Of a stretch of 64,000 nucleotides of DNA, positions 48,191-60,013 are shown in pieces (within the stretch, counting starts at the first letter, position 1; every line of letters begins with the position of its first letter). The stretch lies in assembly GCA_030390025.1 (NCBI GenBank), contig CM059433.1, positions 1,364,001 to 1,428,000 of the forward strand, written 5' to 3'. This DNA is from Squalus acanthias (lineage: Eukaryota). The position numbers and the translations under genes were made by a program. The notes beneath the pieces were generated by a model. The model did not search any database, was not told the DNA's origin, and worked only from the letters and a program-made list of their open reading frames with translations.

Positions 48191-51052
48191 TGACCCCTCC
48201 ATCCTTGCAAACTACCGCCCCATCTCCAACCTCCCTTTCCTCTCCAAAGTCCTTGAACGTGTTGTCGCCTCCCAAATCCGTGCCCATCTTTCTGCAATTC
48301 CATGTTTGAATCCCTCCACTCAGGTTTCCGCCCATGCCACAGTACCGAAATGGCTCTCATCAAAGTCACAAATGACATCCTTTGTGACTGTGACAAAGGT
48401 AAACTATCCCTCCTCGTCCTTCTCGACTTGTCTGCAGCCTTTCACACGGTTGACCACTCCATCCTTCTCCAACGCCTCTCCACCGTCGTCCAGCTGGGTG
48501 GGACTGCACTCGCCTGGTTCCATTCTTATCTATCTAATCATAGCCAGAGAATCACCTGCAACGGCTTCTCTTCCCGCTCCCACATCGTTGCCTCTGGTGT
48601 CCCCCAAGGATCTATCCTTAGCCTCCTCCTATTTCTCATCTACATGTTGCCACTTGGCGACATCATCCGAAAACACAGCGTCAGTTTCCACATGTACGCT
48701 GACGACACCCAGCTCTACCTCACTACTTCTTCTCTCGACCTCTCCACGGTGTCTAAATTGTCAGACTGCTTGTCCGACATACAGTTCTGGATGAGCAAAA
48801 ATTTTCTCCAATTAAATATTGAGAAGACCGAAGCCATTGTTTTCGGTCCCCGCCACAAACTCCAATCCCTAGCCACTGACTCCATCCCTCTCTCTAACAT
48901 CTGTCTGAGGCTGAACCACACTGTTCGCAACCTTGGTGTCATATTTGACCCTGAAATGAGCTTCCGACCACATATCCGCAGCATGACAAAGACCGCCTAT
49001 TTCCACCTCCGTAACATCACCCGTCTCCGCCATTGCCTCAGCTCATCCGCTGCTGAAACCCTCATCCATGCCTTTGTTACCTCTAGACTTGACTATTCCA
49101 ATGCACTCCTGGCTGGCCTCCCACATTCCACCCTCCGTAAACTTGAGGCCATCCAAAACTTGGCTGCCCGTGTCCTAACTCGCACCAAGTCCCGTTCACC
49201 CATCTCTCCTGTGCTCACTGACCTACATTGACTCCCGGTTAAGCAGCGCCTCAATTTCAAAATTCTCATCCTTGTTTTCAAATCCCTCCATGGCCTCGCC
49301 CCTCCCTATCTCTGTAATCTTCTTCAGCCCCACAACCATTGGTGGCCGTGCCTTCTGTTGCCTGGGCCCTAAGCTCTGGAATTCCCTGACTAAACCTCTC
49401 CACCTCGCTACCTCTCTTTCCTCCTTTAAGACGCTCCTTAAAACCTACCTCTTTGACCAAGCTTTTGGTCACCTGCCCTAATTTATACTTAAGTGGATCG
49501 GTGTCAAATTTTTTGTCTTAAAATACTCCTGTGCAGCGCCTTGGGATGTTTTACTACGTTAAAGGTGCTATATAAATACAAGCTGTTGTTGTTGTTGAAA
49601 TAAAGATGAATAAACAGTTAAAAAAAAAAATTTTTTACGTTTCTTAAATATTTTAATTTTTATTAAAATATATAAATTTGACACTCCACGAAATTAAAAT
49701 TAGTTTTCAGGGCCATGATATTTGTTTAGCAGCCAATATGTTGTTAAAATCCCAGTAACACCTAATCCAAAAGGGTCGAACTTTTAATGGGGTATTTAAC
49801 AACGATATTACCGCGGAAAAGCCAAAGTTTTTGTCGGTTTCACTGATTTTGCTGATTTCACTGATTGCCGGCTATGGTGGGGGCCACAGCGCAGCCAGTG
49901 TCGGAGCAGTGAATGACTGACCGCACACTTCAGCATTTCCGTGTTAGGATGCGCGTGCGCTACATCCCGAAGTTGCGGTCAGTTCGTTGTTTTTACCCAC
50001 CGCAAATTCCGGGCCGTTAACTCTGTTTCTCTCTCCACAGATGCTGTCTGACCTGCTGAGTGTTTCCAGCATTTTCTGTTTTCATTTCACTCCAGCATCC
50101 GCTGTATTTTGCTCTTGTTGATAAGTGCTAGTGTCACTTTGAATTTACATGCCTTCCGGCTCTCGGACATCTTGAATACCTTGCGTCTATCAGTTGTTTT
50201 ATCCACAATGGAGGTTATTCCTGGGATATGCTGTCACAAAGCAGCATTTACCCTGGAGATGGAACTGAGTATTATTGCCTATGTCTGCGACTCTCGTGAG
50301 AGTTTCTGTCTAAAGTATGCCTCTGTCAGCTCGGATACTGGTCGGCCTATCTTCCCCCCACCCCTCCCCCCCACCCCTGTCCACCAGAACAGTGGTTCAG
50401 ATTCAGTCAGATGGGAAATTCATACACAAACTCTATTGAGCTGCTCCCTCAGGCTAGGCTTAGGGAGCCTTATACACTGCTCATTTCAGCTGCTGTAGTC
50501 GGCAGATATGCAAGAAGGGACAATAGCCTCTTTCTGCTGAGAATGACCAGCATTAGGATTGTCATCAGACATAATGGTTGCAAGTATTGGAAAGTCCTCA
50601 TAAAGGGTTAGTCAGCGTGTATTAGAAAAGCAGTCCGCTCCTCTGCTTGAGACAGCCTGCTTGCTGCTCTGATGTGCAGTGTGAAAGCAGACCATTATAT
50701 CATTTTTACAGTAACACAAAGTGGAAACATGAGGTAATGTGTGAAAGCACACAGCTGAACTCACACAGTCGGGGGGCGAGGGGGCGGGGGTAAGAAATCT
50801 CAGGTTACACCAAGCTAATGAGGCTTCAGTAACATTATAAATTATGCCCACACAAATTGAAGGTTTTGTTCAAATAAAAATAAATATCAAAAACAATTTG
50901 AAACAAGAAATTCTAAACTCATTCTTTCTCATGGACAGATTGGCATGGTGTCTTCAAACGGTGCTTGAACTATAAGGGCAGACAACCAAGATAGCTGAGG
51001 GAAGATCAGTTCTTTTGTCTGCTGTTTTAACTGAGGCATTAATGTGTTTAAA

Positions 51053-53240
51053 CATAAGAACATAGGAACATAAGAAATAGGAGCAGGAGCAGGCCATTCG
51101 GCCCCTCGAGCCTGCTCCGCTATTTAATGAGATCATGGCTGATCCGATTTTGGCCTCAACTCCACTTTCCTGCCTGTTCCCCATGACCCTTGACTCCACT
51201 GTTGCTCAAAAATCTGTCTATCTCAACCTTGAATATATTCAATGACACAGTTTCCACAGCTCTCTGGGGTAAAGAATTCCAAAGATTCACGACCCGCTGA
51301 GAGAAGAAATTCCTCCTCATCTCCATCTTAAATGGGCGACCCCTTATTCTGAGACTATGCCCCCTCATAAGACAACCCTTCCATCCCAGGAATCAACCTA
51401 GTGAACCTTCTCTGAACTGCCTCCAATGCAAGTATATCCCTCCTTAGATAAGGGGACCAAAACTGTACGCAGTACTCCAGGTGTGGTCTCACCAGCGCCC
51501 TGTACAGTTGTAGCAAGACTTCCCTACTTTTATACTCTATCCCCCTTGAAATAAAGGCGAACATTCCATTTGCCTTCCTAATTACTTGCTGCACCTGCAT
51601 GTTAACTTTGTGTGATTCATGTACAAGGGCCCCAAATCCCTCTGAACCGTCGCATTCTGTAGTCTTTCTCCAATTAAATAATATTTTTCTTTTCTATTCT
51701 TCCTACCAAAGTGGATAACTTCACATTTTCCCACATTATACTCCATCTGCCAAATTCTTGCCCACTCACTTAACCTGATATGTCCCTTTGTAGACTCGTC
51801 CTCCTCACAACTTGCTTTCCCACCTATCTTTGTATCATCTGCAAATTTGGCTACAATACACTCGCTTCCTTCATCCAAGTCATTAATATAGATTGAAAAT
51901 AGTTGAGGCCCCAGCACTGATCCCTGTGGCACCCCACTAGCTACAGTTTGCCAACCTGAAAATGACCCATTTATCCCGACTCTTTGTTTTCTGTTAGTTA
52001 GCCAATCCTCTATCCAATCTAATATATTACCCCCAACACCATGAGCTCTTATCTTATGCAGTAACCTTTTATGTGGCACCTTATCGAATGCCTTTTGGAA
52101 ATCCAAATACACTACATCTACTGGTTCCCCTTTATCCACCCTGCTCATTACCACCTCAAAGAACTCCAGCAAATTTGTCAAACACGACTTCCCTTTCATA
52201 AAATCATGTTGACTCTGTTTGATTGGATTATGATTTACTAAATGCCCTGCTACTACTTCCTTAATAATGGATTCAAGCATTTTGCCAATGACAGATGTTG
52301 GGCTAACTGGCCTATAGTTTCCTGCTTTCTGTCTCCCTCCTTTTTTGAATAAGGGCGTTACATTTGCGGTTTTCCAATCCGCTGGGACTTTTCCAGAGTC
52401 AAGGGAATTTTGGAAGATTACAACAAATGCATCCACTATCTCTGTAGCCATTTATTTTAAGACCCTAGGATGCAAGCTATCAGGTCCAGGGACTTGTCAG
52501 CCTTTAGACCCATAAGTTGGTCCAGCACTTTTTCTCTAGTGATAGTGATTGCTTAAAGTTCCTCCCTTTGCCCCTTGATTTTCTACTATTACTGGATGTT
52601 TTTAGTGTCCTCTACTGTGAAGACAGATACAAAATATTTGTTCAATGCCTCTGCCATTCCCTTGATTCCCATTATTATTTCCCCAGTCTCATCCTCTAAG
52701 GGACCAATGTTTACTTTAGCTACTCTCTTCCTTTTATATACTTGTAGAAGTTCTTACTGTCAGTTTTTATATTTCTTGCTAGTTTACTCTCATAAGCTAT
52801 TTTCTCCCTCTTTATTTTTTTTTAGTCATCCTTTGCTGGTTTCTAAAATTTTCCCAATCTTCTGGCCTACCACTAATCTTTGCAACAATGTATGCTTTTG
52901 TTTTCAATTTGATACCATCCTTAACTTCCTTGGTTAGCCATGGTTGGTTCATCCTTCTCTTCGAGTCTTTCTTTCTCATTGAAATATATCTTTGTTGAGA
53001 GTCATGAAAAATCTCTTTAAATGTCTGCCACTGCTTATCTACCGTCTTACCTTCTAACCTATTTTCCCAGTCCACTTTAGCCAACTCTCTCCTTATACCT
53101 TTGTAATTGCCTTTATTTAAGTTTAATACTCTAGTTTCAGACCCAAGTTTCTCACCATCAAACTGAATGTGGAATTTTATCATGTTATGATCACTCTTCC
53201 CTAGAGGATCCTTCACTATGAGATCATTAATAAATCCATT
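51053..53240 (-). mobile_element. CR1 LINE ORF2 fragment with an internal deletion near 51360
   Basis: ORFs 52812-53216, 51582-52451, 51355-51600 and 51156-51368, plus tail. Confidence 0.95.
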
Positions 53241-53379
53241 ATTTATTTGTTATGGGTTAATACCTCTGTTAGAATAGTAGATAAAGTGAGGGGTTATTTT
53301 GACTTTGGGTGATAAAAGTGTAAAAGAGCTGATCTGATATCCACGCTTTTACACTTTTGTACCAAGTCCAAATTACCAG

Positions 53380-53560
53380 CCCCTCCCACCGCCTCCCCCC
53401 ACCCCCTCCCGCCGCCTCCCCCCACCACCTCCCACCGCCTCCCCCGACCCCCTCCCACCGCCTCCCCCCACCCCCTCCCACCGCCTCCCCCCACCCCCTC
53501 CCCCCACCTCCTCCCACCGCCTCCCCCCACCCCCCTCCCGCCGCCTCCTCCCACCCCCGG
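53380..53560. repeat. C-rich low-complexity minisatellite
   Basis: cctcccaccgcctccccccaccc units. Confidence 0.9.
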
Positions 53561-54744
53561 CCAGGAAATTTACAAAAATTGTTTGTACAATAATATGCAA
53601 TGAGCTGAATTTCATGATAAAGGTGTTTTACGACTGGAGATACTCATTTCCATTAAACTGTGAAACCATTTCTATCATTTCATATGCTCTGTACTCCATT
53701 CTCTGATTCAAATGGCACCAGATAGCATGTTTCCATACTCTGTCAATGCCACTCTACAATCAGCTATTAAGATGTACATGGGAATGGCCTGGATTGACTC
53801 ACTCTTGATTTTTCATCTCTCTCTCCATCTCTGTATCTGTCTCCCTCTCCATGTTCCTTTTGCTTAAGCTCTTTGATGTGTTGAGGTTGGGAGTTAGTTT
53901 TGTGGGGAGATAATGGAAAAGGTGGCTGAGTTCTATTTTTCCCTGGCATAATTTGACTGCACCTTATTTGTGGTGGAGTTTTGTTCCCCAGTAAACTATA
54001 TTTATAAATGATGCAAAATATATACAGATACAATCCATGAGAATGTTTTATACACTTTATACATTTTATACAGGCCACAGAAACAGCTCAACTGCATCAA
54101 TTCAGGTGGTGTTGATATTGTTACATTTGATTATTGGACCTCAAAGGATGTTGCATTTCCATTTCACATTGTGTCACACCGTTAGTGTTGCCACTGGTCT
54201 TATTTGTGGTGGAGTTGCTTTATATTGGACAGTCAAGACTTAGAACTGAATATCTTCAATGTCCTTTCAATAGAGTACTCCTGAAGGAGAAAATGGTTCT
54301 TTTGATAATAGTTTATCGTTCACGAACTGCTGTTGATTTAACTTTTATTTACTTGCTAGACAACGGCAAAGCATTTGATCATTTCTCTGAGGAGTAGCAG
54401 TCACATGATCAATGATTTACATTGCCATTTTGTGAATTATTTGGGTGCAAAAAAAGAAACCATCACAGCAGTGTTGCCTTTCTCTTTACAGTCATTATTG
54501 GTGTCATCCAGCTGGCTGACTTTCCACCTAATGGTAATACCCAATGGAATCATCTGAAAATACTCAATAAAGAACCAGTTGTCATAACTTTATTTCCTTC
54601 TAATTGGCTTTTCATTGTCATTTTGAAAGTAATATGAAGTACAAGACTTGGCACTGTAATGGGATTGATTAAAACGGTCACTGGCATTAAGACTTTGGGT
54701 TAGTATTTCATACACCCACCAAAAAAAGATCAAATGGGTTACTT

Positions 54745-54910
54745 TCAAATCCCTCCATGGCCTCGCCCCTCCCTATCTCTGTTACTTCCTCCAGCCCTAC
54801 AACCCTCCGAGATCGCTGCAGTCCTCCGATTCTGGCCTCTTGCCACTTATGTGGCTGGTGTCAAATTTTGTTTGATAATGCTCCTGTGAAGCGCCTTGGG
54901 ACATTTTCAT
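54745..54910 (+). mobile_element. L2 3' fragments
   Basis: ttcaaatccctccatggcctcgcccctccctatctctgt matches 49277-49315. Confidence 0.8.
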
Positions 54911-54929
54911 AGAATCATAGACTCATACA

Positions 54930-55478
54930 GCATCCAGCATCTACAAGGCACAAGTAAGGAGGGTGATGGAATAATCTCCACTTGCCTGGATGAGTGCAGC
55001 TCCAACAACACTCAAGAAGCTCGACACCATCCAGGACAAAGCAACCCACTTGATTGGCACCCCATCCACCACCTTAAACATTCACTCCATCCAACACCGG
55101 TGTACCGTGGCTGCAGTGTGTACCATCTACAAGATGCACTGCAGAAACTCGCCAAGGCTTCTTCAACAGCACCTCCCAAACCCGAGACCTCTTCCACCTA
55201 AAAGGACAAGGGCAGCAGGCACATGGGAACACCACCACCTCCAAGTTCCCCTCCAAATCACACACCATCCTGACTTGGAAATATATCGCCAATCCTTCAT
55301 CGTCGCTGGGTCAAAATCCTGGAACTCCCTCCCTAACAACACTGTGGGAATACCTTCACCACACGGACTGCAGCGGTTCAAGAAGGCGGCTCACCACCAC
55401 CTTCTCAAGGGCAATTAGGGATGGGCAATAAATGCTGGCCTTGCCAGCGACGCCCACATCCCATGAATGAATTAAAAA
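54930..55478 (+). mobile_element. 3' end of a LINE of the 15400-18545 family
   Basis: ORF 54990-55418 MSAAPTTLKKLDTIQDKA and tail gggcaataaatgctggccttgccagcgacgcccacatccc. Confidence 0.92.
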
Positions 55479-55882
55479 AAATACAGGACAGAAGGAGTCC
55501 ATTCGGCCCATCGTGTCTGTGCTGGCTCTTTGAAAGAGCTCTCCAATTAGTCCCACTCCCCTGCCCTTTCCCCATAGCCCTGCAATTTTTCCCCCTTATT
55601 TATCCCTTTTGAAAGTTATTATTGAATCTGTTCCACCACCCTTTCAGGCAGGGCATTCCAGATCATGACAACTCGCTGCGTAAAAACATTCTCCTCATCT
55701 CCCCCTCTGGTTCTTTTGCCAATCACCTTAAATCTGTGTCCTCTGGTTACCGACTGTTCTGCCATTGGAAACCGTTTCTCCTTATTCACTCTATCAAAAT
55801 CATAGAATCATAGGAAGTTACAGCACGGAAGGAGGCCATTTCGCCCAAAGTGTCCGCGCCGGCCAACAAAGAGCTATCCAGC

Positions 55883-58380
55883 CTAATCCCACTTCCCAGC
55901 TCTTGGTCCGTAGCCCTGCAGGTTAGAGCATCCCAAGTGCACATCCAAGTACTTTTTAAATGTGGTTCGGGTTTCTGCCTCTACCACCCTTTCAGGCAGT
56001 GAGGTCCAGACCCCCACAACCCTCTGGGTGAAAAAATTTCCCCTCAAATCCCCTCTAAACCTTCCCCCAATTACTTTAAATCTGTGCCCCCTGGTTTTTG
56101 ACCCCTCTGCTAAGGGAAACAGGTCCTTTCTATCCACTTTATCTATGCCCCTCATAATTTTATACACCTCAATAAGGTCTCCTCTCAGCCTCCTCTGTTC
56201 CAAGGAAAACAGACCCAGCCTATCCAGTCTTTCCTCATAGCTAAGATTCTCTACTCCCGGCAACATCCTTGTAAATCTCCTCTGTACCCTTTCTAGTGCA
56301 ATCACATCTTTCCTGTAATGTGGTGACCAGAACTACACGCAGTACTCTAGCTGAGGCCTAACTAGTGTTTTATACAGTTGAAGCATAACCCCCCTGCTCT
56401 TGTATTCTATGCCACGGCTAATAAAGGCAAGCATTCCGTATGCCTTCTTAACCACCTTATCTACTTGGCCTGCTACCTTCAGGGATCTGTGGGCATGCAC
56501 TCCAAGGTCCCTTTGTTCCTCTGCACTACTCAGTATCCTACCATTTAATGTGTATTCCCTTTCCTTGTTAGCCCTCCCCAAATGCATTACCTCACACTTC
56601 TCCGGTTTGAATTCCATTTGCCACTGTTTTGCCCACCTGACCAATTTATTGATATCTTCCTGCAGTCTACAGCTTCCTTCTTCAGTATCAACCACACAGC
56701 CGATTTTAGTATCATCTGCAAACTTCCTAATCATACCCTTTATATTCAAGTCTAGATCATTGATATAAACCACAAAAAGCAAGGGAGCTAGTACTGAGCC
56801 CTGCGGAACCCCACTGGAAACAGCCTTCCAGTCACAAAAACACCCATCAACCATTACCCTCTGCTTCCTGTCTCTGAGCCAGTTTTAAATCCAACTTGAC
56901 AGTTTGCCCTGGATCCCATGGGCTTTTAACTTCATGACCAGTCTGCCATTTGGAACCTTATCAAAAGCCTTGCTAAAGTCCATATAAACTACATCAAACG
57001 CACTACCCTCATCTACCCTCCTTGTTACCTCCTCAAAAAATTCAATCAAGTTTGTCAGACATGACCTTCCCTTAACAAATCCGTGCTGACTATCCTTGAT
57101 TAATCCGTGTCTTTCTAAATGAAGATTTATCCTGTCCTTCAAAATTCTTTCCAATAATTTTCCCACCACCGAGGTTAGGCTGACTGGCTTGTAATTACTC
57201 GGTCTATCCTTTTCTCCCTTTTTAAACAAGGGTACCACATTAGCAGTCCTCCAGTCCTCCGGCACCACACCTGAAGCCAGAGAGGATTGAAAAATGATGG
57301 TCAGGGCCTCTGCTATTTCCTGTTTTGTTTCGTTTAACAGCCTAGGATACATTTCATCCGGGCCTGGGAATTTATCCACTTTTGAAGCTGCTAAACCCCT
57401 TAATACTTCCTCTCTCACTATGTTTATTTCATCTAATATTTCACACTCCTCCCCCTGATAGCAATGTCTGCTTCGCCCCTCTCCTTTGTGAAAACAGACG
57501 CAAAGTATTCATTAAGAACCCGACCAACATCTCCCGCCTCCACACACATATTACCCTCATGATCTCTAATAGGCCCTACCCTTTCTTTCGTTATCCTCTT
57601 ACTCTTAATATATTTATAAAACATCTTTGGGTTTTCCTTGATTTTACTTGCCAAGAATTTTTCATGCTTTCTCTTTGCTTTCCTAATATCCTTTTTAATT
57701 GCACCCCTGCACTTTCTGTACTCCTCTAAAGATTCTGGAGTATTTAGCCCTCGGTATCTGTCATACGCCTCCCTTTTTTTCCTTATCCTACCCTGTATGT
57801 CCCTAGACATCCAGGGGGCTCTAGATTTGTTAGTCCCACCTTTTTTCTTTAAGGGCACATATTTGGTCTGAACCCTCCGGATCTCCTCCTTGAATGCCTC
57901 CCACTGCTCTGACACTGATTTACCTTCAAGTAGCTGTTTCCAGTCCACTATGGCTAAATCCCCTCTGAGCTTAGCAAAATTTGCTTTTCCCTAATTTAGA
58001 ATTTTTATTCCTGGTCTATCCTTGTCCTTTTCCATAACTACCTTAAATCTAACAGAATTATGGTCACTTGCACCAAAATGCTCCCCCACTGATACGCCTT
58101 CTATCTGCCCAGCTTCATTCCCTAAAACTAAGTCCAGAACCGCCCCCTCCCTTGTTGGGCTTGCTACATACTGGCTAAAAAAGTTCTCCTGGATGCATTT
58201 TAGGAATTCCACACCCTCTATACCCTTCACACTAATTTTATCCCAGTTAATATTGGGGTAGTTGAAATCCCCTACGATTACTATCCTATAGTTTTTGCAC
58301 TTCTCAGAAATGTGTCTACATATTTGCTCTTCTATCTCCCTCTCACTGTTTGGGGGTCTGTAATACACTCCCAGCAGTGT
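55883..58380 (-). pseudogene. CR1 ORF2, C-terminal endonuclease and RT (a few stops, one frameshift)
   Basis: GDFNYP, LDLVL, SDHN, YMDFSKAFD, KFADDTK. Confidence 0.92.
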
Positions 58381-58772
58381 GGAGGCAGCGGACCTGAGGG
58401 GGAGCGAGAGTGGAGCCTGAGGATATAAAGAGCGTGGTAGGGCGAGGCCCGAGAGCGGAGGCAGCGGACCTGAGAGGGAGCGAGAGCGGAGCTGAGGATA
58501 TAAAGAGCGCGGCAGAGCGAGGCCCGAGAGCGGAGGCAGCGGACCTGAGGGGGAGCGAGAGTGGAGCCTGAGGATATAAAGAGCGTGGTAGGGCGAGGCC
58601 CGAGAGCGGAGGCAGCGGACCTGAGAGGGAGCGAGAGCGGAGCCTGAGGATATAAAGAGCGTGGTAGGGCGAGGCCCGAGAGCGGAGGCAGCGGACCTGA
58701 GAGGGAGCGAGAGCGGAGCCTGAGGATATAAAGAGCGCGGCAGAGCGAGGCCCGAGAGCGGAGGCAGCGGAC
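58381..58772 (+). repeat. 76-bp tandem monomers (5 plus a partial) forming the CR1 5'UTR
   Basis: Unit starts at 58381, 58457, 58532, 58608, 58684 and 58760. Each full unit contains GATATAAAG. Confidence 0.93.
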
Positions 58773-58784
58773 TTGACAACAAAA

Positions 58785-58830
58785 ACAAGGAGTGACGTCA
58801 CAGGAAAGCAGGGAAGTGATTGGTTGGTCA
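58785..58830 (+). promoter_or_regulatory. Putative internal promoter motifs of the CR1
   Basis: CRE TGACGTCA at 58793-58800, ETS-like GGAAGT, and inverted CCAAT (ATTGG) at 58819-58823. Confidence 0.5.
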
Positions 58831-59003
58831 GTATTTCTCTCTTTATCTTGGGCATTAGTTTAAATTAAGAGCTGGGATTAAAAACTAAACGTTCAAAAAG
58901 AGGGAGTTGATTGGTGAGTATCTGTTAAGTGTTTTTTACTTGGCTTTCTTAAAGTTTTAAATTTATTCCAGCTGGGTTAGTAAATATTCTGTTAATTAGA
59001 GGT

Positions 59004-59954
59004 ATGGCAGGGCAGCTCACACCCGTGGAATGCACATCCTGTGCCATGTGGGAAGCCCTGGACACCTCCCGTGGTCTGGACTACCACATGTGCGGGAAGT
59101 GTCGCCAGCTACAGCAGCTCGAGCACCGGGTTACGGAGCTTGAGCGGCGGCTGCAGTCACTGCTGTGCATCAGCGAGGCTGAGAGCTACGTGGATAGCAT
59201 GTTTCGGGAGGTGGTCAGCCCGCAGCTTAAGAGTGTGCAGGCAGAGAGGGAATGGGTGACCGTCAGACAGAAGAGGAGGACCAGGCAGGTAGTGCAGGAG
59301 TCCCCTGAGCCCATCTTGCTCACCAACCAGTATTCGGTGCTGAGTACTGGTGAGGGCAATGGTTCCTCTGGGGAGTGCAGCCAGAGCCAGGTCCACAGCA
59401 CCATGGAAGGCTCAGCTGCACAGGCGGGGGGGAAGAGGAGAGGGAGAGCAATAGTGATAGGGGATTCAATAGTTAGGGGAGCAGACAGGCGTTTCTGCGG
59501 CCGCAGACGTGTCTCCAGGATGGTATGTTGCCTCCCTGGTTCCAGGGTCAAGGATGTCACTGAATGGCTGCAGGACATTCTGAGGGGGGAGGGTGAACAG
59601 CCAGAGGTCGTGGTCCATATCGGTACCAACGACATAGGTAGGAAGAGGGATGAGGTCCTGCAGGCAGAGTTTAGGGAGCTAGGAAAGAGGTTAAAAAGCA
59701 GGACCTCAAAGGTAGTAATCTCCGGATTACTACTAGTGCCACGTGCTAGTGAGTACAGAAATAGGAAGATAGAGCAGATGACTGCGTGGCTGGAGAGATG
59801 GTGTAGGAGGGAGGGCTTTGGATTCCTGAGGAATTGGAACCGTTTCTGGGGGAGGTGGGACCTCTACAAGCCAGACGGGTTGCACTTCAACGGGAACGGG
59901 ACCAATATTCTCGCGGGAGGGTTTGCTAGTGCTGTTGGGGAAGGTTTAAACTAG
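59004..59954 (+). CDS. CR1 ORF1p: zinc finger, leucine zipper and SGNH esterase (intact, 316 aa)
   Basis: CTSC...CGKC, heptad LEHRVTELERRL, GDSIVR, HIGTND, DGLHF. Confidence 0.9.
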   Translation: MAGQLTPVECTSCAMWEALDTSRGLDYHMCGKCRQLQQLEHRVTELERRLQSLLCISEAESYVDSMFREVVSPQLKSVQAEREWVTVRQKRRTRQVVQESPEPILLTNQYSVLSTGEGNGSSGECSQSQVHSTMEGSAAQAGGKRRGRAIVIGDSIVRGADRRFCGRRRVSRMVCCLPGSRVKDVTEWLQDILRGEGEQPEVVVHIGTNDIGRKRDEVLQAEFRELGKRLKSRTSKVVISGLLLVPRASEYRNRKIEQMTAWLERWCRREGFGFLRNWNRFWGRWDLYKPDGLHFNGNGTNILAGGFASAVGEGLN

Positions 59955-60013
59955 CTTGGCAGGGGGATGGGAACCTAAGAATAGAGTCAGTAGGGAGGGA
60001 AGAAAAACTGGAA

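Larger units (their letters stand above)
43758..49596 (+). mobile_element. Near full-length L2 LINE with internal insertions
   Basis: Endonuclease LQNVRSL, ALTETWL, HGHPLDL, SDHFL. RT ORF 48302-49231 has LLDLSAAF, GVPQGSIL, YADDTQLY. (GTT)n tail. Possible TSD TGAAA. Confidence 0.93.
43459..50015. mobile_element. Harbinger-type MITE split by an L2
   Basis: TIRs GGCCCGTAATTTGCGGT and GGCCCGGAATTTGCGGT (reverse complement), 16/17 identical. Confidence 0.85.
43325..50113. mobile_element. Penelope-like family A hairpin element (arms 43325-43458 and 50016-50113), split by nested insertions
   Basis: cctgaaac|gttaactctgtttc rejoins, and the arms are mutual reverse complements. Confidence 0.75.

Noticed and set aside
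53269..53615. Gly-rich and Pro-rich ORFs
   Set aside because: Low-complexity C-rich repeat with no coding signature
57991..58855. Pro/Ser/Leu-rich N-terminus apparently fused to an endonuclease
   Set aside because: Antisense read-through of the inverted 76-bp 5'UTR array across the inversion junction
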